Shown here: positions 39,899-49,754 of the stretch, one piece after another | Numbering within the stretch: the stretch's first letter is position 1 | Layout of the letters: each line of letters begins with the position of its first letter | Notes under the pieces: generated by a model | The model's input: the letters and a program-made list of their open reading frames with translations, nothing else | Databases searched by the model: none | Told to the model about the DNA's origin: nothing | Assembly: GCA_965219685.1 (NCBI GenBank) | Contig: CBDCOH010000002.1 | Coordinates: 1,888,001 to 1,952,000 of the forward strand | Direction: 5' to 3' | Source: Candidatus Spongiisociaceae bacterium | GTDB lineage: Bacteria > Actinomycetota > Acidimicrobiia > Spongiisociales > Spongiisociaceae | Length of the DNA stretch: 64,000 nucleotides | Position numbers and translations under genes: made by a program

Positions 39899-40860
39899 GC
39901 CGTGTCGTGGACGCCCACATCCACATCTTCCGGGACCCCTCCTGGAGCCCCGAGTCCCAGAAGGCGATGCCGATCTCCTGGGTGAACCAGGTCCGGTGGT
40001 TCGACATGGACCCCGAGGACGCCGAGCGCCGCTACCGGGAGTCGGTGGACGCCTGCTGGGATCCCGACGGATCCAAGACCATCGCCCGGATGGACGAGGC
40101 GGGCGTGGATGTCTCGGTGACCATGCCGATGGACAGGGGGCTCCTCACGGGCGACGAGGGCGTGGTGCCCTACGAGGAGAAGAACGAGGGCTACTACGAG
40201 CTCACAAGGATGTGGCCGGGACGTATCTACTCCTTCTGCGGGGTCGATCCGCGCCGGCCCCAGGCCGCCAAGTTCCTCGAGAAGGCGATCGCCGACTGGG
40301 GGTTCCTTGGACTGAAGCTCTACCCCACCGCCGGCTTCTACCCGGACGACGAGATCGTCCACCCGCTCTACGAGGTGTGCCGTGAGTACGACGTCCCGGT
40401 CCTGCTGCACCAGGGCCACTCGGGGGGTCGCCTCAAGAGCAAGTACGGCCACCCCATGTACGTGGACTCGGCGGCCGCGGACTTCCCCGAGGTGAGGTTC
40501 ATCCTTGGTCATGGAGCCAGGTTCGAGACGTGGGCGAAGGAGGCCATGAGCGTGGCCATCTACAAGACGAACGTCCACCTCGAGATCAGCCTCTGGCAGC
40601 ACTGGGCCAGCGTCGACGACCTGGTGAGGACCTTCGTCTGGATCCGTGATCGCATCGGCATCGACCGGTTGCTGTTCGGGAGCGACATGACCAACGTCGA
40701 GGTGTCCATGAGCCTCAAGGAGTGGGCAGACGTGATCCGGATGCTGCCCGAGTGGGCCAAGCAACTCGGGTTCCGCCTCAGCCGCGAAGAGATCGCCCTG
40801 GTTCTCGGAGGCAACGCGGAACGCGTGTACCGGATCCCGCCCGTTGAGCAAGACGCTTAG
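39895..40860 (+). CDS. Amidohydrolase_2-family protein, paralogue of 12010-12966
   Basis: VVDAHIH; shared blocks VLLHQGHS, KSKYGHP, VAIYKTNVHL, SLWQHW, RMLPEWAKQLG. Confidence 0.9.
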   Translation: MSRVVDAHIHIFRDPSWSPESQKAMPISWVNQVRWFDMDPEDAERRYRESVDACWDPDGSKTIARMDEAGVDVSVTMPMDRGLLTGDEGVVPYEEKNEGYYELTRMWPGRIYSFCGVDPRRPQAAKFLEKAIADWGFLGLKLYPTAGFYPDDEIVHPLYEVCREYDVPVLLHQGHSGGRLKSKYGHPMYVDSAAADFPEVRFILGHGARFETWAKEAMSVAIYKTNVHLEISLWQHWASVDDLVRTFVWIRDRIGIDRLLFGSDMTNVEVSMSLKEWADVIRMLPEWAKQLGFRLSREEIALVLGGNAERVYRIPPVEQDA

Positions 40861-40897
40861 TGCGCATGCGATCATTCGAAGCGATCAAGGAGACCCG

Positions 40898-41545
40898 ATG
40901 AGTTGGACGCAGCACATGTACGAGCAGGCCAAGGACATGTGGGAGCGGATCTACGAACACCCCTTCCTGCAAGATCTCGCGGCCGGAACCCTGTCCGACG
41001 AGCGCTTGGCCTTCTACTTCGAACAGAACACCCACTACATCAACAACGTGGTCAAGTGCCGGTCCATCGCCACTGCCAAGGCCCACAACAACGAGATACG
41101 GGACTTCTTCCTGAGCCGCACCGCGATGGTGGTGGACGAGATGCACCACCAGGAGGACATGCTGCGGCGGGTCGGCGGCCAGCCCGGTGCCCGCATCGCC
41201 CCCACCTGCCATGCCTACACCCGCCACATCCTCAACCTGGTGTGGACCAAGGACCCGGTCGAGTATCTCGGGTCGTTCATGCCGTGCCCGTGGACCTACG
41301 ACGAGATCGGCATCCAACTCCGCAGCGCCGACCTTCAGGGCGCCTCCGCCGAGTGGTGGGAGTTCTACATGAGCGAGGAGCACAACGAACTGGTGGCGAA
41401 CTACCGGGTGTTCGTGGACAAGTACTCCGAGGGACTGTCGGACGAGCGGCGTCAGCAGATGCTGGACAACTTCATCATCAGCACCAACTACGAGTACCGG
41501 TTCTGGGACATGGCCTACAACCGGGAACAATGGCCCCTCGGCTAG
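40898..41545 (+). CDS. tenA: TenA-family protein, paralogue 4 (QN variant), closest to paralogue 1
   Basis: YEHPFL, FYFEQN, MPCPWTY, YEYRFWDMAY; AAGGAG RBS. Confidence 0.88.
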   Translation: MSWTQHMYEQAKDMWERIYEHPFLQDLAAGTLSDERLAFYFEQNTHYINNVVKCRSIATAKAHNNEIRDFFLSRTAMVVDEMHHQEDMLRRVGGQPGARIAPTCHAYTRHILNLVWTKDPVEYLGSFMPCPWTYDEIGIQLRSADLQGASAEWWEFYMSEEHNELVANYRVFVDKYSEGLSDERRQQMLDNFIISTNYEYRFWDMAYNREQWPLG

Positions 41546-41558
41546 ATGGGCTGAGCCC

Positions 41559-43118
41559 GTGAGCCGCCTGCTCGTCGTCGGGGACCCGGTCGTAGCGCTG
41601 GCCGGCGGCCGCAGCGACATCCTCGACGACGGGGCACTGATCGTCGAGGGCCGGAAGGTCACCGCGCTGGGCCGCCGCGAGGATCTCGAGAAGCGGGGCC
41701 CGTTCGACCGGGTGGTCGGCTCGCGCAGGCACCTCGTGATGCCGGGCTTCATCAACGGGCACTTCCACTCGATGGGGGCGGGCTCCCCCGGCCTCTTCCA
41801 GTACGTCTTCGAGCGGATGAACACCCGCATCTTCCGCCGCGCCATGAGCGACGACGACATCAGGACCATCATCCTCGTGGCGCTGATGCGGGCTGTCAGA
41901 GGCGGGCAGACGGGCGCGGTGGACTTCAACTACGGCAACCCCACGTTGGTCGACTTCGGCAACCCGCCCATCCTGGACGCCTACCGAACCATCGGGATGC
42001 GGGTGGCCCTCGGCATGGTCACCCGGGACGAGAACATCTACATCCATGCCCCCGACGACGTGTTCCTCTCGTCGTTGCCGGCGGAACTGGCCCGCCAGGT
42101 CCGGGAATCGACGATGGGGTATGCCTGGCCCACCGACGACGTGGTCGCCTCATACCGCCGGGTCCACGCCGAATGGGACGGCTACGACGGGCGCCTCCGG
42201 GTGATCCTCGCCCCGGACTGGACACCGGCCTGCTCCGACGACCTCTACCTGCTGAACAGGCGCCTGGCCGACGAGTACGACACCGGCATCACCACCCACC
42301 TCCTCGAGACCCGCTCCGAGATGCTGTTCAACCTCGAGACCTACGGCAAGACCGCGATGCGGCGGCTGGCCGACATCGGTGTGCTTGGACCCGACGTCAG
42401 TTGCGCCCACTTCGTCTGGGCCACCGACGAGGACATCCGCATCCTGGCCGACACCGGCGCGGTGGCGGTCAACAACCCGGGCTCCAACCTGCGTCTGAGC
42501 ACGGGAATCGCCCGGGCCCGCGACATCCTCGACTCGGGAGCCGCGCTGGCGTTCGGAACCGACTCGATCTCCTTCTCGGACATCGAGGACTTCTTCCAGG
42601 AACTTCGCCTCGCCATGTACCTTCAGCGAATCCCCGCCGAGTTGGAGATCGGGCGCTTGGACTCGCTCGAGGTGCTGCGCCGGGCTGCCTCCTCCGGCGC
42701 CCGGGCCATCCGCCAGGAGGCGAAGCTGGGATCCCTCGCCGAGGGTAAGGAGGCGGATCTGCTCGTCCTCAGCAAGGAACGGTTGCTATGGCCGGAACCC
42801 AAATACGCTTCGGTCCCGATCCTCGACGTTCTGCTGGACAGGGCCACAGGTTCCGACCTGGAGACGGTGCTGATTGCAGGACGGATCGTCCTCGACGAAG
42901 GCCGTTTCACCACCGTCGACGAGCAGCAGGTCCTGGCGGACTTCGCCGAGGCCGGCAGGGAACGGCTTTGGGTGTCGTCCGCGCAGGGTCGCCGAGAGGC
43001 GCAATTGGCCGCCCATGTTGAGCCGTACGTCCTCGACTTCTACCGCGAGTGGGCGTTGAGGCCGCTGACCCCTGCGTACACCTACAACGCGCTAGTACCC
43101 CCGCAGGAGGTGAGGTAG
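41559..43118 (+). CDS. Amidohydrolase, heterocycle deaminase-like, paralogue of 20333-21931
   Basis: MPGFINGHFH, LAPDWTPA, HLLET, NPGSNLRLSTG, FGTD. Confidence 0.88.
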   Translation: MSRLLVVGDPVVALAGGRSDILDDGALIVEGRKVTALGRREDLEKRGPFDRVVGSRRHLVMPGFINGHFHSMGAGSPGLFQYVFERMNTRIFRRAMSDDDIRTIILVALMRAVRGGQTGAVDFNYGNPTLVDFGNPPILDAYRTIGMRVALGMVTRDENIYIHAPDDVFLSSLPAELARQVRESTMGYAWPTDDVVASYRRVHAEWDGYDGRLRVILAPDWTPACSDDLYLLNRRLADEYDTGITTHLLETRSEMLFNLETYGKTAMRRLADIGVLGPDVSCAHFVWATDEDIRILADTGAVAVNNPGSNLRLSTGIARARDILDSGAALAFGTDSISFSDIEDFFQELRLAMYLQRIPAELEIGRLDSLEVLRRAASSGARAIRQEAKLGSLAEGKEADLLVLSKERLLWPEPKYASVPILDVLLDRATGSDLETVLIAGRIVLDEGRFTTVDEQQVLADFAEAGRERLWVSSAQGRREAQLAAHVEPYVLDFYREWALRPLTPAYTYNALVPPQEVR

Positions 43119-43120
43119 AG

Positions 43121-43918
43121 ATGCCGTTCACGATCTCACCGTTGGTCATGGCCTATGGACCGCAGCGGGAGAAGTCCCGCTTCACCTTCCTCCACAACTT
43201 CGGGGAGAAGATCGACCTTCCGTACGTCTCCTGGCTCATCCAGGACGCGGAGCGAGGTCTCAACGTGCTGGTCGATGTCGGATGCAGCGCGGAGGAATAC
43301 GCCAACCACATCAAGCCCCCGGACGACACCAAGCTGCGGCACGCAGGCGAGGAATTCGCCGACGTGATCAACATCCGTCCCCTGGACGAGCTACTGGCCG
43401 ACAGGGGACTTGAGACCGATGACATCGACTTCATCGTCCTGACCCACCTCGACTGGGACCACTGCATGAACCTTCCGCTGTTTCCCGATACCAGGGTAAT
43501 CGTCCAGCAGAAGGAGTGGGACGCTCTCCCACCCCATCCGTTCATCGCGTCGGGATTCGCTCCGGACCACCGCTACGAGGAAATGGCCTTGAGAGGGATG
43601 GAACTGACCGAGGGCGATCAGGAACTGGTGCCGGGACTGGACGTGCTGTTCACCCCCGGACACACGCCGGGAGGCCAGTCGATCGCGGTGGAGACGCCGA
43701 AGGGCAGGTACGTCATCGCCGGGCTCTGCACCATCTGGGAGAACTACTTCCCCGACCCCGAGATCCTCAAGACCGCCAAGTACGAAGTGATTCCCCCGGG
43801 AGGTCACACCGACCTGTTCGATGCCTACAACAGCGTGGTACGGATACGTGACGAGGCAGGCACCCAGCTTCTCCCCGCGCACCATCTGGAGGCGTTCGAC
43901 ATGGAGCCCATCGGTTGA
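43121..43918 (+). CDS. Metallo-beta-lactamase-fold hydrolase (AHL-lactonase-like)
   Basis: VLVDVG, LTHLDWDH, TPGHTPG, LPAH. Confidence 0.87.
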   Translation: MPFTISPLVMAYGPQREKSRFTFLHNFGEKIDLPYVSWLIQDAERGLNVLVDVGCSAEEYANHIKPPDDTKLRHAGEEFADVINIRPLDELLADRGLETDDIDFIVLTHLDWDHCMNLPLFPDTRVIVQQKEWDALPPHPFIASGFAPDHRYEEMALRGMELTEGDQELVPGLDVLFTPGHTPGGQSIAVETPKGRYVIAGLCTIWENYFPDPEILKTAKYEVIPPGGHTDLFDAYNSVVRIRDEAGTQLLPAHHLEAFDMEPIG

Positions 43919-44295
43919 ACGCTCCAGATCGGGAGACCGGGAACCAGGTCGTAGTGGCGGCAATGGTCGGCGCCCTCAATGAGGCCGACATCGAGCGGTT
44001 CGTCTCCTACTACACGGACGACGTGGAGGTGGACATTGTCCGCTTCGGACGGCGCCTGAAGGGTGCCCGAGCGGTAGGCGCGTGGATCGAGGACGCCTTC
44101 GACGCCCTCGACGGTTTCTGCAACGATGTCGTCGGCATCTACGGGGATGGCGAAGTCATCGCCCTCGAGGTGATCGCCCGCGGGACGGCTAGGCGGCCGT
44201 TCGCCGGGAGGTCGGTCGGAGAGCCCCTGGATGCTCAGGAGGTTTACATCTACACCTTCCGGGAGGGCAAGATCGCCGACGTCCGCGCCTATTAG
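43915..44295 (+). CDS. SnoaL/NTF2-like protein
   Basis: ALNEAD..YTDD, G..AV, YTFREGKI; overlaps the upstream stop. Confidence 0.8.
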   Translation: MNAPDRETGNQVVVAAMVGALNEADIERFVSYYTDDVEVDIVRFGRRLKGARAVGAWIEDAFDALDGFCNDVVGIYGDGEVIALEVIARGTARRPFAGRSVGEPLDAQEVYIYTFREGKIADVRAY

Positions 44296-44587
44296 CGGTC
44301 TGTCTGCGAACTGATTGCCTGCGTCCCGCATGCCGTCGAGACCGCTCGCTGCGTTCCGTCTCCTCAACGCAACCCGTCTGCCCGGAGTTCCAGCGCATTC
44401 CCGAGAAAGATAACAATATCATTCTCCAATAAACACGAATCTGGCCCTTTCTCGCGAAAGATGGTCTTATCTTGAAGTGTTGCCCGGACCTATCGGACAT
44501 GCCCGGGGAAGCACGAGACCAAGGCCAGGCAGAGATCGGTCGTTTGCGTCCACCTACGATCACGGTAGAAAGCAGCAGGAGGCGTGG

Positions 44588-45172
44588 ATGAGTCTAGGCG
44601 AGCCTGTCCCATCGGATGTCCGTACGCGGCTGATCGAGTTGCGGGCCGAGGTCGTCGGCCACCGTGACCGTGAACCTCATGATGGGTACAGCCGGATCGC
44701 GACCGAACAGGCCATCGAAGGCGGCCTGGAGGGTAACGCGGCGATCGGAGCCCTGATCGTCGACCCGGACGGTGAGGTGATACTGATCGAGCGGAACCGG
44801 ATGTTCGTTCCCCGGTTCCGGAGCGACTTCCACGCCGAGATGGTCCTCCTCACCCGCTACGAGAATCAGCACGGCAACCGGGGCGACCTCAGGGGCCACA
44901 CCCTGGTCACGTCGCTGGAACCGTGCGAGATGTGCATGATCCGCATCATCAACTCGGGTGTGACGAACACATTGTACGTGGCATCCGACCTGGGTAAGGG
45001 GGGCATCACCGGTCCCAACACTCTGGCGCCACACTGGGCACGCCTGGCCGAGCCCCAGAACTTCGCGGCCGCGGACTGCTCTCCCCGGATAGCGGAACTC
45101 GCCCTCGAGGCCTTCCAAGTCACGATCGGCGGGATCGTGGAGAAGATGATGGCCCGCCGACTCCCCAGCTGA
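44588..45172 (+). CDS. Zn-dependent nucleobase/nucleoside deaminase (cytidine deaminase fold)
   Basis: IGALIV, HAE, SLEPCEMC; AGGAGG RBS. Confidence 0.88.
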   Translation: MSLGEPVPSDVRTRLIELRAEVVGHRDREPHDGYSRIATEQAIEGGLEGNAAIGALIVDPDGEVILIERNRMFVPRFRSDFHAEMVLLTRYENQHGNRGDLRGHTLVTSLEPCEMCMIRIINSGVTNTLYVASDLGKGGITGPNTLAPHWARLAEPQNFAAADCSPRIAELALEAFQVTIGGIVEKMMARRLPS

Positions 45173-45443
45173 CGACAAGGCGAGCCGCGGCGGGCCCCCG
45201 GCAGCCAGACGATTAGTTGCTAGTCGGTAGTTGTATAGCGTTGTGTACCAATAGTACAGCGCAGTCGCTTCCGGTCAACCTCTTGGAAATACTCACCTAG
45301 ATTCAGTCTGTTCTAGCCAGAGAGCTTCCACGGCTCGAAGTCTTGATCCTCGGCTCCGGGCTCCAAACGGCACAAAGGCCGCAACCGACGTGGTGACCGG
45401 CATCGAATGCCATCGCTCCGCACACAGCCACCCCGACGCGCTG

Positions 45444-46184
45444 TTACTGGATTCCCACCATCTTGTCATCCGTGAGGTGCCGGACCGCATCGTCCATGTG
45501 AGCCGTGATCGCTCTTGACACCTCATCGCGATCGCCCGCGCGCAAAGCACTGAGGATTCTTCGATGCTCTTCCACCAGATGAGTGCCTTCGGTGTAGGCG
45601 CCTTCCAAACGGCGGAGACAGATGGCGGTCTCGACGAGCAACGTAGCGAACATTCTCGTCAACCTGGGACTACTGGCGGCCTCGACTAGCTTCTCATGGA
45701 AGAAGCGATCCGCCTCCAGGGTCGACCTGAGATCCGATACAGCAGCAGCCTCCTCGAGAGAACTCAGAGCAGACTCGAGGACTTCCCAGTCGACATCATC
45801 GGGTGCCCGGACTATGGCCTCGGCTGCAGCCGTCTCGCACGCGGTACGGGCCAGGTACACGTCCAAGACGTCTTCGCTCGTCAGTTCCCTGATGAAGACG
45901 CCTCGCCTCTTGTTCACTGCGAGGCCCTCCTGGATCAGGCGTTGCAGTGCCTCGCGTACGGGCGCGCGGCTCACACCCAGTTGTTCGGCCAGACGGGTCT
46001 CCACCATCCGGGTGCCCGGAGAGAGGGTTCCATCGAGCATCGCCTCCCTGATCCTGCGGGCGATGAGCAGCGCGGTCGGCGCGCGGGCAATGGGCTCCAA
46101 CTGGTCCAGACCTGTAGCCCGCCCACGACCGATCGCTGATCGACCTGTTGAACGTGTCACTGTCTCGGTCCGGCCCGTCATCAC
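45444..46184 (-). CDS. GntR-family regulator with FCD domain
   Basis: L.PG.R..E..LA..LGVSRAPVREAL..L..EGL; D..FH; EH..IL..H. Confidence 0.93.
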   Translation of the reverse strand: MMTGRTETVTRSTGRSAIGRGRATGLDQLEPIARAPTALLIARRIREAMLDGTLSPGTRMVETRLAEQLGVSRAPVREALQRLIQEGLAVNKRRGVFIRELTSEDVLDVYLARTACETAAAEAIVRAPDDVDWEVLESALSSLEEAAAVSDLRSTLEADRFFHEKLVEAASSPRLTRMFATLLVETAICLRRLEGAYTEGTHLVEEHRRILSALRAGDRDEVSRAITAHMDDAVRHLTDDKMVGIQ

Positions 46185-46229
46185 CCAACACCTCGAGTAT
46201 CCCGCTCCGCGGAACTCTAGCCACTGCTC

Positions 46230-46258
46230 CGCCTATCGTCGATTGTCGACGATAGGCG
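46230..46258. promoter_or_regulatory. Candidate GntR operator 1
   Basis: 13-bp arms cgcctatcgtcga-ttg-tcgacgataggcg between divergent gntR and the dehydrogenase gene. Confidence 0.75.
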
Positions 46259-46298
46259 ATTCTCCTATGATCACGAGAAACCTCTTAGTGAGTGACCC

Positions 46299-47339
46299 GT
46301 GATCGCGCATCCTCCAGAACCGCGACCCTCCCTTGTGGTGGTCGGAGAACTCGATGGACGTGTCCCTCCGGGTATCGAGTCCGTCACAGACCGAGTAATG
46401 GTTCGCAGCGTGCGGACACCGTCCGAACTGGCAGGAGTGCTTCCGGACGCATCGATAGTACTTCTATGGGACTTCAGTTCGACACTCCTACGAAGACACT
46501 TCCATCTGGCCCGGAACCTCAGGTGGGTCCACGTCGCCGGCGCCGGAGTCGACGCGGTGATGACCGCAGACATAGCCGCCGGCGATGTCGTGGTCACCAA
46601 CGCACGCGGGGTGTTCAATCGATCTATCGCAGAAACGGTCGTAGCGATGATGCTCGTGTTCGCCAAGGACATGCTCACGACCATCGCCCTTCAGGCCGGG
46701 CGCACCTGGCTTCACAGGGACACGGAAATGCTCGCGGGCCAGACCGCGCTGATAGTGGGCGCTGGAGAGATAGGCCGCGCCATCGGCAATGCGCTAGGCG
46801 CGCTCGGGGTCGAAGTCACCGGGGTGGCGACGTCGGAACGACACGATCGTGACCTCGGGCGGGTGCGTTCTGTCGAGGAACTCGATGCCTTGCTACCCGA
46901 CGCAGACTTCGTCGTCCTGGTCGTACCGCTGACCAAACTCACCCGGGGAGTGATCGGCGCCGAGCAACTCGCTTCGATGAAGACGACCGCCCGCTTGATC
47001 AATGTGGGCCGCGGGCAGCTGGTCGACGAAGGGGCCTTGATCGCCGCTCTCCAATCCGGATCGATAGGAGGTGCGGCGCTCGACGTGTTCCAGACTGAGC
47101 CCCTCCCGCCGGACAGCCCTCTGTGGGCGATGCCCAACGTCATCGTCTCACCCCACATGTCGGCCGACTTCCACGGATGGCTCGAGGCTCTCGCTGAGCA
47201 GTTCTACGACAACCTCGATCGGTGGTTGGCTGGCCGAACGCTGCTGAACGTGGTTGACAAGAAGCTGGGATACGTTCCCGGAGCCCCCGCACCCGAAGCC
47301 CGACCTCGGCCAAGCGGCCTCACCGACCGTGCTCCCTGA
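46299..47339 (+). CDS. D-2-hydroxyacid dehydrogenase
   Basis: AGVD, TNARG, GAGEIG, INVGRG, ALDVF..EPL, SPHMS. Confidence 0.92.
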   Translation: MIAHPPEPRPSLVVVGELDGRVPPGIESVTDRVMVRSVRTPSELAGVLPDASIVLLWDFSSTLLRRHFHLARNLRWVHVAGAGVDAVMTADIAAGDVVVTNARGVFNRSIAETVVAMMLVFAKDMLTTIALQAGRTWLHRDTEMLAGQTALIVGAGEIGRAIGNALGALGVEVTGVATSERHDRDLGRVRSVEELDALLPDADFVVLVVPLTKLTRGVIGAEQLASMKTTARLINVGRGQLVDEGALIAALQSGSIGGAALDVFQTEPLPPDSPLWAMPNVIVSPHMSADFHGWLEALAEQFYDNLDRWLAGRTLLNVVDKKLGYVPGAPAPEARPRPSGLTDRAP

Positions 47340-47388
47340 TATCAGGATGTGTTCAGATGCGCGCCGGACCCTCCTGTCCGTCAACTCC

Positions 47389-48657
47389 TCATCCGGTGGC
47401 CTCAGCCAGTGCCTCGTCGAAGGCCTCGACCGCCTCCTTGATCTGAGCTTCGGAGACGATCAATGGAGGCAGCCACCGGACTACTTGGCCGAACGCACCG
47501 CAGGGGAGTAGCAGCAACCCGCGGCGTTCGCATTGATGTCGCACCTCGGTGGCGGTATCCCCATCCGGCGTACCGTCGGCACGGGTGAACTCCGTCCCGA
47601 TCATCAGGCCCCTACCCCTTACATCGCCTATGACCTCGTACCGCCGGGCCACATCCTGCAACTGTTCGACCAACCGTTCACCGACCACCGCCGCGTTCTC
47701 GACCAATCGCTCCTCCCTGATCACATCGAGCGTCGCGAGCGCAGCGGCGCAGGCCACGGCATTACCGCCGTAGGTACCCCCTTGAGATCCGGTCCAACCC
47801 TTCCCCATCAACTTGCGGTTCGCTGCCATTGCCGCCAGCGGCATGCCCGAGGCCAACCCCTTGGCTGTGATAACGACATCCGGAGTGACACCTGATCGAT
47901 CATGCCCCCAGAAGCTTCCGGTCCGTCCGAACCCGGTCTGTACTTCGTCGATGATCAAAAGGATTCCATGACGGTCGCACCGGTCCCGGAGCCCCTGCAA
48001 GAATCTGTCCGGAGCCGGCACGAAGCCGCCCTCACCCAGGACGGGCTCCACGACCATGGCAGCGGTCTCGTTGGGCGCGGTCTGGGTGGCAAGCAGGAAA
48101 TCCAGTTCCTTCAAGCAGAAGTCCACGGTCTCCTCCTCGTCCCAGCCATAGCGGTACGCATACGGGAACGGAGCCACGAAGACACCGGCCATCAGGGGCT
48201 GCAGACCATCCCCATAGCCGGTCTTCGAGGTGGTCATCGACAGTGACGCCGTGGTACGACCGTGGAATCCGCCGTGGAAGACGATCAGGTTCGACTTACC
48301 GGTCGCGTTGCGGGCCAGACGAATGGATGCTTCCACCGCTTCGGTCCCGGCGCTCACGTAGAACAGGCTGTCGATCTGCCCAGGAAGCACCCGGGTTAGA
48401 CGGCTGGCGAGTTCCTCGAGACGCGGGTGGAGAACGGTGGTGTACTGCCCATGAATCAACGTTCCGGCCTGCCGTCGAATGGCGTCTACAACCCTCGGAT
48501 GGCAGTGACCCGTGCTGGTGACTCCGATACCGGACGTGAAGTCGAGGTAACGCCTCCCCGCGGGATCGATTATGTACACGCCCTCCCCCCGGGCGGCGTG
48601 TACGGCGGTGGCCCGCTTGAGGAGAGGAGACAGGTGGCGAGGTTCTGCGTGCAGCAT
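47389..48657 (-). CDS. Class III PLP aminotransferase (GabT-like)
   Basis: YLDFTSGIG, FHGRT, EPVLGEGG, DEVQTGFGRTG, AKG, GGTYGGN. Confidence 0.92.
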   Translation of the reverse strand: MLHAEPRHLSPLLKRATAVHAARGEGVYIIDPAGRRYLDFTSGIGVTSTGHCHPRVVDAIRRQAGTLIHGQYTTVLHPRLEELASRLTRVLPGQIDSLFYVSAGTEAVEASIRLARNATGKSNLIVFHGGFHGRTTASLSMTTSKTGYGDGLQPLMAGVFVAPFPYAYRYGWDEEETVDFCLKELDFLLATQTAPNETAAMVVEPVLGEGGFVPAPDRFLQGLRDRCDRHGILLIIDEVQTGFGRTGSFWGHDRSGVTPDVVITAKGLASGMPLAAMAANRKLMGKGWTGSQGGTYGGNAVACAAALATLDVIREERLVENAAVVGERLVEQLQDVARRYEVIGDVRGRGLMIGTEFTRADGTPDGDTATEVRHQCERRGLLLLPCGAFGQVVRWLPPLIVSEAQIKEAVEAFDEALAEATG

Positions 48658-48669
48658 GTCCTACTCCTA

Positions 48670-48685
48670 TGTCGATTGTCGACAA
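48670..48685. promoter_or_regulatory. Candidate GntR operator 2
   Basis: tgtcgattgtcgacaa immediately upstream of the aminotransferase RBS. Confidence 0.7.
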
Positions 48686-48800
48686 GATACAGAGACTCTA
48701 CCCTGCTCGCCCGACGGTTGAGCCTGCTGCCGGATCCGCAGGCAACGAATCTGGCGGAACAACCCACGACCACGGTTCCTCCCGATAGGATTCAGGCGCG

Positions 48801-49649
48801 ATGCGTTTCGCTCTCAACGTCCCGAACTTCGGTGCTCTCTCGGATCCCAACACGCTGATGGACTTGGCCGCCGATGCTGAGCGGTCCGGCTGGGACGGGT
48901 TCTTCCTCTGGGACCACATCCTCCTGTGGGACCGGAACCCGATTGCCGATCCTTGGATAGCGCTGGCCGCGATCGCCGTGGCGACCGAACGGATCCGGAT
49001 CGGGCCGATGGTGACGCCGGTCGCCCGGCGACGGCCCTGGAAGGTGGCTCGGGAAGCGACCTCGCTCGATCACCTGTGCCGGGGGAGGTTGGTGTTCGGT
49101 GCAGGTCTCGGTAACCCGGCGGATGCGGAGTTCGAAGCGTTCGGCGAGAGTCCCGATGCGCGGGTTCGGGCTGCCAAACTGGACGAGGGCCTTGAGATCA
49201 TCGCCGGCATGTGGAGCGGCGAACCGTACGACTTCGAGGGCGAGTACAACCGGATCCAACCGTTCTCGTTCTTGCCGTGTCCCGTCCAGCAGCCCCGGAT
49301 CCCCGTTTGGATCGCCGGAAAGTGGCCCAACCGTGCTCCATTCCGGCGAGCGGCACGTTGGGACGGGGCCTTTCCCATGCGAGTCGGTGACGAGCAGATG
49401 ACACCTGGCGATGTCCGCGAGGTCGTCAGCTACCTGAACAGGTACCGCGACTGCGACATGCCATTCGATGTGTCGATATTCCTGGAAGGCATGGTCGACC
49501 GGAGCGGCGTCGAACCCGGGCTGATCGAGGCGTTCGCCTGCGCCGGGGTGACGTGGTTGCATGACGGCCCTGGCTTTGACGATGCTACCGACGCCGGTGT
49601 CGAGGCCTTCCGCCAGCACATCCGGAGGGGACCGCCAAGCACCTCCTGA
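48801..49649 (+). CDS. LLM-class flavin-dependent oxidoreductase
   Basis: AE..GWDGFFLWDH, DPWIALAA, RRRPWKVARE, P.PVQQPRIPVWIAG. Confidence 0.9.
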   Translation: MRFALNVPNFGALSDPNTLMDLAADAERSGWDGFFLWDHILLWDRNPIADPWIALAAIAVATERIRIGPMVTPVARRRPWKVAREATSLDHLCRGRLVFGAGLGNPADAEFEAFGESPDARVRAAKLDEGLEIIAGMWSGEPYDFEGEYNRIQPFSFLPCPVQQPRIPVWIAGKWPNRAPFRRAARWDGAFPMRVGDEQMTPGDVREVVSYLNRYRDCDMPFDVSIFLEGMVDRSGVEPGLIEAFACAGVTWLHDGPGFDDATDAGVEAFRQHIRRGPPSTS

Positions 49650-49754
49650 CACTGTCGGATGGGCTTCGTCCCTGCCTCGATAGGCTGCTCCCGGGCGAAG
49701 GCCTGATCCGGACAGTTGCGACGCAGGGATGCTGACGGTAAAGTTCCGAACGCG

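Noticed and set aside
44588-45172. This deaminase, or a DGR, as the cause of the A/C skew in the repeats
   Set aside because: No reverse transcriptase in the window, copies A and B are identical rather than adenine-variable, and nothing indicates DNA-editing activity.
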